Below are positions 17,995 to 25,989 of a stretch of 34,927 nt of DNA, piece after piece. The notes under the pieces are model-generated. The model saw nothing but the letters and a program-made list of their open reading frames with translations. It was not told the DNA's origin and made no database searches. This DNA comes from Candidatus Thorarchaeota archaeon. Lineage in GTDB: Archaea > Asgardarchaeota > Thorarchaeia > Thorarchaeales > Thorarchaeaceae. Location: positions 1-34,927 of the forward strand of contig JBHIAE010000029.1 of NCBI GenBank assembly GCA_046758445.1, in the 5' to 3' direction. Positions within the stretch are counted from its first letter, which is position 1, and every line of letters begins with the position of its first letter. A program made the translations under genes and the position numbers.

Positions 17995-18144
17995 TCAGAT
18001 ATCCGCGCCACATTCTCCGCACTTGGAAAGACCCTGTTCGTTCTTGTGACCGCAGTAGGGACAGACGACCAGGACTCTCTCAACAATCTTCTCTTTCTCC
18101 ACTCTCAGTGGCGTTCGCGTTTTGCGCGTTGTGTGACAAGTCAC
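17995..18144 (-). pseudogene. Orphan C-terminal double zinc-ribbon fragment (or 49-aa mini-protein)
   Basis: Translates as ...LRVEKEKIVERVLVVCPYCGHKNEQGLSKCGECGADI*, with an in-frame stop shortly upstream; below the ORF-track length cutoff. Confidence 0.6.
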
Positions 18145-18203
18145 ATACTTTGCTAATCACTATAAGCCTAGATACCCATATTGGATATTGGGAGCAGTAG
18201 GAA

Positions 18204-18599
18204 ATGTCCTTGAGCAAATCCCCGGACATCCTTGGCACATATGCTGTCGTTGCATCTTACATCCTGATGATTGGTGGGATGATGATCCTTTTTGGGACCA
18301 CAGACCCCTACTTGACAGGTAATATACTCATCCTGTCCTTGTCGGGGATACTGCTTCTCGGAGGAATGCTGCTGCGAGTCCTAGGAGCCTTTCTCTGGGG
18401 GCCAGGGTCCAGGAGATATCGTGAGGAACACAATGTCCTCGAGATTGTGGCAATGCGGCAGAGTGTCACCATCTCAGAACTACAGACCGAAACTAGAGTT
18501 GGGACTCTAGTTTCGGCTCTCGGCCTGTGCGAGAAGCGTAGAACAGTCTTTGTCTGCCAGAATCCTCTTTGTGGTCACATATTCGGGATGGAAGAATAG
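18204..18599 (+). CDS. Two-TM protein, probably truncated or chimeric after residue ~97
   Basis: GGAG RBS and 2 TM helices. A wHTH-like segment (LEIVAMRQSVTISELQTET) breaks off at a perfect 13-bp hairpin. Confidence 0.5.
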   Translation: MSLSKSPDILGTYAVVASYILMIGGMMILFGTTDPYLTGNILILSLSGILLLGGMLLRVLGAFLWGPGSRRYREEHNVLEIVAMRQSVTISELQTETRVGTLVSALGLCEKRRTVFVCQNPLCGHIFGMEE

Positions 18600-18620
18600 G
18601 CATAGACCTAGTCTTCTTCT

Positions 18621-18902
18621 TTAAATACGGGCGCCACACTTGTCGCACGTCTTTGCGCCTGCTGGCAAATCGGCTCCACAGGTAGAACACATTCTGGGCT
18701 CTGTGGAACTCAAATGCCAGTGTTTCTCAAAGGTTCGGTGACCTTTTTCGGTCAAGTACTCTTCCACGTATCCACAGTCCTTGCAGACATGATACTCAAA
18801 TTGAGCGATGCGGAGGTACCTTACAACAATACCTTGTGGTGGCCTCACTGGCTCGTAGATGCTGGTACTCCCACATTTGGGACACTTTCCTGACTCCTTC
18901 AA
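18621..18902 (-). CDS. Small zinc-ribbon protein (two C4 zinc sites)
   Basis: CPKCG..CKDCGYVEEY and CSTCGADLPAGAKTCDKCGARI; AGGAG upstream of the TTG start. Confidence 0.75.
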   Translation of the reverse strand: MKESGKCPKCGSTSIYEPVRPPQGIVVRYLRIAQFEYHVCKDCGYVEEYLTEKGHRTFEKHWHLSSTEPRMCSTCGADLPAGAKTCDKCGARI

Positions 18903-19160
18903 CCTATTCTCCTACGGAAATTCGGTCTTGTTGCCTTATAGCCCGTTCGACTACTGTCAAGAACCATTGAAAGGATCTACACGATTTCCTCGTCTGATGG
19001 GATAGGTTCCCTGACGCATACTCGGGGCGGGGAAGGTCCTGAATTTCTCTGGTCAGTAACTTGATTCTTCGTTGTCGTTCTGAGCCAGTTTGGTCATCAA
19101 CAAGTCGGGAATAGTCCGGATTGCCTCCATGATTCGCTAGGCTGTGGCTATGATTCCCTC

Positions 19161-19307
19161 GTTTGTTTTGCTAATTGTATGGAATGACTATAACAAAGCA
19201 CTATCAAATCGGGGATGGGCCGACTTCCAATTCTGTCTTCTGCCTGTTCTCGAATCTAGTTGATATTTGTTATGCGTCTAGTCTTTCTGCCACATTCATC
19301 CCCACCA
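19161..19307. repeat. Island repeat, copy 2 (palindrome decayed)
   Basis: Colinear with copies 1 and 3; shares the extra CATTCATCCCCACCA with copy 3. Confidence 0.88.
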
Positions 19308-19337
19308 CTCCGGCGGTATCGATCTTTGATTGATTGA

Positions 19338-19487
19338 CACCTCTCCATTGAGTTTCTGCTCCAATTGAGAGAGGAAGCAAGAAGCGCGAAGGACTTTGCC
19401 ACTGTTGATAGAATCAGAGAATGGCTGGGACAGCTGGACATCGTCATCGCCGACACAAAGGACGGCTCCACGTGGAAGATGAGCTAG
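19338..19487 (+). pseudogene. cysS: 3' remnant of cysteinyl-tRNA synthetase
   Basis: Translates as IEFLLQLREEARSAKDFATVDRIREWLGQLDIVIADTKDGSTWKMS*, matching the CysRS C-terminal pattern R..AR..KDF..AD.IR..L...GI...D...G.TW. No start codon; upstream stop at 19335. Confidence 0.75.
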
Positions 19488-19598
19488 CCAGGCCAAATCT
19501 ATAGCAGAACTATTACATAATAGTAACCAGCGATGGATGAAGACATGTGCCTAAAGATGCGGGTCATGTCAGACGGCCCTGCAAGGGTTTCTATCAGA

Positions 19599-19743
19599 TT
19601 GTTTTGCTTAAGGTATAGTAGGACTATACCTTAATAACTATCAAATCGAGGGTAGCCAGCTTTCAATTCCGTCTTCTATCTGTTCTCGAATCTAATTGAT
19701 ATCTGTTATGCGTCTAGTCTTTCTGCCGCATTCATCCCCACCA
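19599..19743. repeat. Island repeat, copy 3 with perfect 12-bp palindrome
   Basis: TTAAGGTATAGT-AGG-ACTATACCTTAA at 19608-19634; the rest is colinear with copies 1 and 2. Confidence 0.9.
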
Positions 19744-19881
19744 ATCTGGCACAGGACCATCCTCCTTCGTATTCCAGACCTTCTTCCCGTCCTTGTCACA
19801 GATGTTCCAGCAGACATGACATGAGAATTTGTCAGGCCATCTTTTCCAGTAAAGAAGTAATTTATCAGAGACTGTCGCAAT
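19732..19881 (-). pseudogene. Gene 3' remnant ending in PDWWG*
   Basis: Reads ...YWKRWPDKFSCHVCWNICDKDGKKVWNTKEDGPVPDWWG*. Copy 2 is preceded by a similar ...PPEWWG* end (stop 19296-19298). Confidence 0.45.
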
Positions 19882-19894
19882 TCATCAATCTTAT

Positions 19895-20197
19895 ATGCTA
19901 ATATTATATCCTAATATCAATAGGTGGATGATAATGGCGGGTTTCGTGAAGACAAAGGAGCATGGCTCAAGCAGGGCAAGTATGTTATTCATCCTCATGA
20001 TTATTGTTGTTTCCATTTTAGGTATAGCAATCATTGTTGCTTTTTTCGTCCCAGATTTCCTCCGGCAACTGCAGCTCACTGCTGAAGAGTTTCAACAGAT
20101 GTTTCAGACCATCGTTGTGGGCATAACAGCGCTTATGATTGTCGGGAGTTCTATCATCATAACCCTATACGCATTGTTCACTTCCAAATCGAATTGA
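19895..20197 (+). CDS. Small two-TM membrane protein
   Basis: Two clear hydrophobic helices; the true start is probably the Met after AGGTGG (~19928-19934). Confidence 0.6.
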   Translation: MLILYPNINRWMIMAGFVKTKEHGSSRASMLFILMIIVVSILGIAIIVAFFVPDFLRQLQLTAEEFQQMFQTIVVGITALMIVGSSIIITLYALFTSKSN

Positions 20198-20447
20198 GAG
20201 CTAAAGATCTAAATCCTGCATCTCTAGCCACTTCTTTCCAAGCCGTTCCCCCGTTTTCTCGACATCTTCTGCAGAGGGTTCCCAACCTGACTTTCGGGCA
20301 TTTCTATGGGCATGGTTCTATCCTACAAGGATTCTTACAATGATGAACCGGATATTTAATAAACTGTTTCACGAAGTGTTTCTTGTGGGATGTGAGTTGA
20401 AGGGTAGCTATTCATCATATCCCCAAACAGAGGAGGTGAGCGTCATA

Positions 20448-21323
20448 TTGAGAAGTTTGCTAAGGAGTGATAGAAAGACAATCACGTCACTGGTTGTCGT
20501 TCTCATTCTAACTGGACTACAATTCGTAGTAATCCACACAATTTCTGTGGAACCGATAATTCCACAATTGGCACAGCCCATTCGCATTGCAGAAAGAGAT
20601 CCGATAACAGGAGATATAATCTGGTATAATGAATCAACATTGACACCATCTAATGCGGGTGCTGCAACTACATCTTCTGAGGATCGTTGGTATGCCGGAA
20701 GTATTCCTCCGTGGTTCGTATCTAAAAGAGGGATCAGCATATGGACAACAATTAAGACCCCTGCCACCGGAGAATCGCAGCCTGGATATAGATACGCTGC
20801 CTTGATATCGTGCTTTGATTATCCCGGCCTGAGCTATGACCAGTTTGGCTTCTATGCTTATGGTAGCAACTACTACGTGGCCTGGAGTTATTCAACACAT
20901 GACTTCTGGGGTTTCCTAACGATTCATTCACATATGGGACCTAGGTTGCTCAAGAATACTTACTACACTTTCGAAATGAATGTCGACAACGACTATTTGA
21001 CTTACAACATGTATCTCGGAGGCTGGTTGGAGTGGACGAAGACCATCAAGACATATGGAGACTGGTTCCTCTTGGATGATTGGATCTGGTGCGGGTTCAT
21101 CTTGTATGCTTCCTTCACCTTATTTGAGGAAGGATTCACACCAGATGCACCTGAGAATGATTTGAAGTTCCAGAATACTCAATACATCCTGTATGGTACA
21201 GGGATCTGGGGCTACTGGGACAGCTGGATTGAGTTTTATGCAGAACGGGGATACTCAGTTCCCGATGGTGTTGATGTTACGATCAACACCGCTCAGCACT
21301 ACGTATTCATCGACAACCCATAG
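20448..21323 (+). CDS. Secreted or membrane-anchored aromatic-rich beta-sandwich protein
   Basis: GGAGGTGA RBS before TTG 20448 (in frame with the 20340 ORF); basic-hydrophobic signal peptide; W/Y/F-rich beta strands. Confidence 0.7.
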   Translation: MRSLLRSDRKTITSLVVVLILTGLQFVVIHTISVEPIIPQLAQPIRIAERDPITGDIIWYNESTLTPSNAGAATTSSEDRWYAGSIPPWFVSKRGISIWTTIKTPATGESQPGYRYAALISCFDYPGLSYDQFGFYAYGSNYYVAWSYSTHDFWGFLTIHSHMGPRLLKNTYYTFEMNVDNDYLTYNMYLGGWLEWTKTIKTYGDWFLLDDWIWCGFILYASFTLFEEGFTPDAPENDLKFQNTQYILYGTGIWGYWDSWIEFYAERGYSVPDGVDVTINTAQHYVFIDNP

Positions 21324-21348
21324 GAAGACCTGCTTGGCATGCATACTT

Positions 21349-21379
21349 AGGAGAGCGAGCCAGTGAGGTTCGTTCTCCT
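21349..21379 (+). terminator. 13-bp stem-loop downstream of the secreted-protein gene
   Basis: AGGAGAGCGAGCC-AGTGA-GGTTCGTTCTCCT (with G:U pairs), 25 bp after the stop codon. Confidence 0.4.
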
Positions 21380-21537
21380 CCCTTTATGACTGGTGTCACA
21401 GACTCCTTCCAGCCAAAGTCCACGTATTGTCAAAGTTGATTTGATTTCAGAAGATTCTCTTGATGTCGAGCCGTTTTCTTTTGGTCGATAGTAACTTTCA
21501 AGACCACTAGTGGACATATTCACTAGTGAATCGATAG

Positions 21538-21738
21538 GTGTTCATAGTGCATAAGAAGTATCTAGCTATTGGTACGGTCCTGCTTTTGGTTGGCTTCACT
21601 GGAAATCTGTTTTTGATGTGGCTGTTACTTAGTTTCCCAATGGGGGGGCCACCGTTGGGAGGCACAGGGATCATCTTGCTTGTCCCGATTGGCATCTATC
21701 TGGTCATTTACTCCATCATAGTCGAGGAGCAAGAATGA
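21538..21738 (+). CDS. Small two-TM protein (66 aa)
   Basis: Two hydrophobic helices joined by PMGGPPLGG, with an acidic tail; AGGTG near the start. Confidence 0.55.
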   Translation: MFIVHKKYLAIGTVLLLVGFTGNLFLMWLLLSFPMGGPPLGGTGIILLVPIGIYLVIYSIIVEEQE

Positions 21739-22107
21739 TCTACTGACTCACCTGTATTCATATATTGAGGTCTTATTATCGGTTCCGTAGGTCCGTCTTT
21801 CGCCCCCCTCAAAGCAGGATCAATGCCATCGCGCGCGGTCATAATATACCTACGGAACCTTCGGTTCTCTCTCCGGTAGTCTTTTCGGTAATACTACCGG
21901 TACTCTACCGTTTTTCTAGAGGTATGTGTATGTCTAGGGGATCTCAGGTGCCAGAATACCAGTTATAAACGTATAACAGAAGGGAACTATGAGGACCCCT
22001 ATGAGTGTTTAGAGGCGTTAGACATCACTACAGACGTTTCTGAGCACCTGACTTTTAGTATTGTATTCGAGGGTCTAGGGGTATTATAGAAACAATATGG
22101 GGGAGTT

Positions 22108-22185
22108 TCAAAACTCTTGAGCAGCCAGATCCACAATCCGGTCCCTGACAGCGGCTCTCACAAACTCGGCCCAGTTCCTTTGTAA
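22108..22185 (-). pseudogene. 3' remnant of a ribbon-helix-helix (CopG/antitoxin-like) gene
   Basis: Translates as QRNWAEFVRAAVRDRIVDLAAQEF*, resembling the RHH helix B pattern NWSE..R.AI...I. Confidence 0.4.
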
Positions 22186-22202
22186 TCAGTAAGGCAAGCA
22201 AA

Positions 22203-23840
22203 TCAAATCGACTGTTGTTCTCGGATGTGCTTCTTTCTTTCCACAAGCAATGCCTTCATTCTATCCCTGATTTGGGCTTTACCGCCCTTCCCCTTTGTCA
22301 AATCGTCCGCTTTCTTAGAAGCAAACTGCCATGCTTCATCTTCAAACAATGGTTGCTTGAGTTCTTCGTCATTCAACAGCTTCAGGAAATCATGCTCATA
22401 GGCGCTTCTTAGAAATTCCACAACTAGGAGAACTCTAGCGGCTTCATCGATATGTTTCGTCACGGCTTTCAGTTTCGATATCTCAGAACCTGCTGGAAAG
22501 ATCGACGGCAAATCATGTTTTCTCCTTTCCTCTATATAGCTAACAATTAAGTCCGCCATTTTCGGGAAATCCAGCCCTTCAATCTTCGGGTTCAGCAGTT
22601 CCTCGATCATGAACTCAATCGCATTATCGTAATCGCCCCCTGACTTGAACGTAAGCATTGCACTAATCCCAGCCCCTAAAGATTGCGCTATTGAAGTCTG
22701 TCTGGATTGGTCATCCAATTTGGGAACGGTTCTCGCACGCTCCAACAGGAAATTGGGGTCAAAGAGAGTCCCTTCTAGCGGCATCCTTGCATTTGGGTCT
22801 GATGTCTGCATTCTCCATTTCCAATACTTCTCTTCCCATTCTATTCGTGACCTTTCAAGTTCCTCCACCAGCTCCTCGATGAACACATCGTGTAACTGAT
22901 CACGCCATCTGTATATGTAGAAGACATGCCAATCGAATTTACGAAGTTGAACGTCATAATCCGAATCTGTGAGATATGCATTTACGACCTGACCCCAATA
23001 GCGAAAAACTGTGGTTGTGAATTTCCCTCTGGCGTCTCGTCGAACAACTCCATAGACGTCGTCTGTTACTTCACCCCATCTCGAATTCCATATGATCCAA
23101 TCTCCGCGTGCAAGGATTCTATCTAGTGTCTCCAGCTCAAGGAGCAGCATTCGTTTCCTTTGGTCACTGGCATAGCTCTCGGGGTCAGTTGCCCTATCCC
23201 TAGCGACTAGCGTTTGAAGATAGTAGTATCCAACCAAAGAGCCGATATTAACTAAGATCCCTTCTCTTCGACTTCTATTAGCTAGGACAATAATGCGGTC
23301 AAGAATAGGGATTGATAGTATGGCCAGAAGAATCACAAAAACCATCGTGAAGATATCTGGGGATAAAATACGTAGTACTAGCAGGTACCCCGTGATAAGA
23401 AAGCATACCATAGCAGTTCGAAGATAGAGTGTGCCTCGTAATCTCCAGAATCGTCTTCGTACTTGATAGCTGTCTATTGTTTGTTCAATGTAGACCTTTG
23501 CTTCCACAAATGGATCTCTGGCGAACTTCTCACCCCATGCAGGTCTATCCAATCTACTCTCTGCGGTGGTAAGATAGAGATTGTAAGCCGAGAAGGTTTC
23601 GGCTAGGAGTTGGCGTGCCCGCAAGACTTCCTTCGTGAACAAGTTTTTGAAGTAACGTTCATCCAAACCAAGTTCATAGAGGAGAACAGTTAGTGGTGGT
23701 GACATGATGCCTATAATTGTAATCCAAAATATCGGATCAGCTGTCACTATGGTGGCTACAAGTAGAGAGAATGCTATGGGAAATGTCATGTAGATCAGAT
23801 TCTCACTTTTCTCGGTTGGAGCCAGTCCTGCTAAACTCAT
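22203..23840 (-). CDS. Hypothetical membrane protein (N-terminal TM helices, large helical C-terminal domain)
   Basis: 545-aa ORF with GGTG RBS and about 4 TM segments; no family recognised. Confidence 0.7.
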   Translation of the reverse strand: MSLAGLAPTEKSENLIYMTFPIAFSLLVATIVTADPIFWITIIGIMSPPLTVLLYELGLDERYFKNLFTKEVLRARQLLAETFSAYNLYLTTAESRLDRPAWGEKFARDPFVEAKVYIEQTIDSYQVRRRFWRLRGTLYLRTAMVCFLITGYLLVLRILSPDIFTMVFVILLAILSIPILDRIIVLANRSRREGILVNIGSLVGYYYLQTLVARDRATDPESYASDQRKRMLLLELETLDRILARGDWIIWNSRWGEVTDDVYGVVRRDARGKFTTTVFRYWGQVVNAYLTDSDYDVQLRKFDWHVFYIYRWRDQLHDVFIEELVEELERSRIEWEEKYWKWRMQTSDPNARMPLEGTLFDPNFLLERARTVPKLDDQSRQTSIAQSLGAGISAMLTFKSGGDYDNAIEFMIEELLNPKIEGLDFPKMADLIVSYIEERRKHDLPSIFPAGSEISKLKAVTKHIDEAARVLLVVEFLRSAYEHDFLKLLNDEELKQPLFEDEAWQFASKKADDLTKGKGGKAQIRDRMKALLVERKKHIREQQSI

Positions 23841-24310
23841 TCACACCACCATCCACGGTCAAATGCCTTGGTAGAAGAAACAAGTATGGGTCTTTCAGTG
23901 TTCCGGAGTTGAACAGTATAACAGACAGAATTGATATCACGATCAGATTCGGTAGCACAGACCTCGAGAAACTGAAGAGGATCATAAATGAGATGACGGA
24001 CTTCAAGACCTCTGCAAAGAGTAAAGACGAAACTCTCAGGCAAGACTTTTTACAAGGATGAACCGAGAAGTAGCGTTTTCCGACTTAGGAGAGTGAGGAA
24101 GAGTGAGAGTCAAAGGATGAAATCTGAAGACGAATATCGAGATTCAGGCCGGAGAGTGGGACTATGTAGAGGCTTCCTGCAGAGAAGGCAGTATGATCTC
24201 AGTCGTCGCACACGAAACAGATGGTGACGACTTCAGCGTGTTCATTGTGCCATCATACTGGAGCTTCATCGTTCCCGCTAGGTCCGCTGCGGCGTACATG
24301 CACTGCATGC

Positions 24311-25138
24311 CTATTTCATGTTTCTTTTTGTTGTTTCAATATGTTCAATGAAATTAGGCATTTGGAATAGTTCTAATATTGCATCTGCAGAAACAACGAT
24401 TGAAAGACCTGCGACATATTTCAGCCGATCAAATGGCGAGAGTTCCAGTTCGTTTTCTAACGTCTGACTTAAAATGCCCAAGAATGGTGTCTTCAGGGGC
24501 ATAGGTGGCGCATTTCCTACAGAAAGAGGCATAGGTCGCAAGAGAACAGGTCCTCCACTGTTTCCTCCTGCTGCCATTGCATCAATCAGAAACCTGTGTT
24601 TGGCTTGATGCTTAACAAGTGATATCATACCAATCCTGACTGCTGGTTGATGTTCTATGTCAATTTGCTTTGCTGGATACCCAAAATAAAATACATCCCA
24701 CCCCTCCATCAATTTCTCTCTCTCACAAAAAACACTGCTTGGAATCGCTGACACATTCCATAATTCAGGATTAATGGGAAATGCAGATAGAGCCAAATCA
24801 TTTGCAGTATCTAATACCCATGAAACTCCAAGTGAATCTTGAAATTCTTTAACCATTACAATAGAGCCCTTTCTCGTTTCGCTTCTATGTGGCATAATGG
24901 CAAATAGAGTGTTCCCAGCCTCATCGACTACATGCTTACATGTTACAATATGATTGATTCCTTCGTTGGAAATTAGTGTTCCAGTTCCAATAATTTGATT
25001 CTTAGGTATGGTTCCGTGTTCATCTTGATATTCTATTACACTCTTAGCGTCAGTAAATGATTGATCTTCAAGCACAACCAAAGGCACCACAATTTTTTCC
25101 AATTTGGATCTAGGCAACTCATTTAGTTTCACTACCAC
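24311..25138 (-). CDS. Trypsin-like (S1) serine protease, no signal peptide
   Basis: GTGTLI, VTCKHVV (His), NDLAL (Asp), FGYP, GGNSGGPV (Ser); AT-richer than the flanks. Confidence 0.85.
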   Translation of the reverse strand: MVVKLNELPRSKLEKIVVPLVVLEDQSFTDAKSVIEYQDEHGTIPKNQIIGTGTLISNEGINHIVTCKHVVDEAGNTLFAIMPHRSETRKGSIVMVKEFQDSLGVSWVLDTANDLALSAFPINPELWNVSAIPSSVFCEREKLMEGWDVFYFGYPAKQIDIEHQPAVRIGMISLVKHQAKHRFLIDAMAAGGNSGGPVLLRPMPLSVGNAPPMPLKTPFLGILSQTLENELELSPFDRLKYVAGLSIVVSADAILELFQMPNFIEHIETTKRNMK

Positions 25139-25482
25139 TATTCTTATTGCGTGCAGTCTAGGGAAACATCCCCTTCAATGAGTATCTTCTATCACATTAA
25201 ATAAGTTTGCGAGATATTGATAGATTATATCCAGAATTAAACAGTACGTGATTCCCTATTACTACTATTCTTTTAGGTGTCAATTGATCTTTACTCGGAA
25301 TTTTCCGACTCCCACATAGTCACTTCCTATACACGAAAATAGGCTACATCTTATACATTCTGATGATGACAAATTCCAGAAGCATTGTTGGGATCGAAAT
25401 AATGAATGTGATCAATGCATACATGGATGGACAAGCAAACTCAAGTCGCTTTGGGACAGTAAGAGCAGTAGGAGTGAATATC

Positions 25483-25899
25483 ATGTCAAAAACGATAGTA
25501 CCCAGAAACGCAGTATGTCCTTATTGTGGAAACGTCATGTATGAGGTCAAAATACCGTTCGGTCAGTCAGAGCAGAAATGTGGAAACGCTAGATGCCGAA
25601 GAGGGTGGCATGAAGGGGTATTTATTGTTCTGTGCATTACAGTCGTGAGTCGTGACAAAAGGGGACTGGGGAAAAACAAAGGAGTCATGTGGAACATAAG
25701 ACACAAGACAAATGGGGATGAAGGGGCTCTTTCATTCAGAACACTCGATAGAAGCATCCAATTGAAACGCAAAGACGTATTGATCCTCTCCGTCAAGAAG
25801 CAGTCCAAGGGAATATTCAAGAAGAAATGGGCAGGCAACTGGGAAAGAAAACCAAGCAAATTGGTCAACGCCAACTTAAATACCATGTGGAATGTATAG
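25483..25899 (+). CDS. Basic zinc-ribbon protein, hypothetical
   Basis: CPYC..CGNARC and Lys/Arg-rich. ATG 25483 after GGAGTGA, in frame with the 25363 ORF. Confidence 0.6.
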   Translation: MSKTIVPRNAVCPYCGNVMYEVKIPFGQSEQKCGNARCRRGWHEGVFIVLCITVVSRDKRGLGKNKGVMWNIRHKTNGDEGALSFRTLDRSIQLKRKDVLILSVKKQSKGIFKKKWAGNWERKPSKLVNANLNTMWNV

Positions 25900-25989
25900 A
25901 TACCAAGTGGAGAGGTCGGAGAACTTGCCAACAATATTCTGATTGACGGTGAGCGCAGACTGAATAACGCTCCACCCGCAGCCCTATTT

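Noticed and set aside
17995-18500. A single gene split by a clean inversion (N-half on +, zinc-ribbon C-half on -)
   Set aside because: No inverted repeats link the two breakpoints, and the intervening wHTH part would be missing.
17788-19743. Repeats as classical integron attC sites (TAAC...GTTATGC about 75 bp apart)
   Set aside because: L boxes are not complementary at attC spacing, identity extends well beyond the GTT crossover on both sides, and no intI gene is present.
17788-19743. Repeats as a CRISPR array or DGR template/variable repeats
   Set aside because: Units are too long and spacing is irregular. There is no cas or reverse transcriptase gene, and the differences are not adenine-specific.
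19732-19881. FSCHVC..CDKD as a TnpB C-terminus with an omega-RNA
   Set aside because: It lacks the DxNAAxNI motif and any RuvC remnant; the similarity is superficial.
24118-24120. In-frame TGA as selenocysteine
   Set aside because: No redox motif or SECIS-like element is evident; a nonsense mutation in a fragment is simpler.
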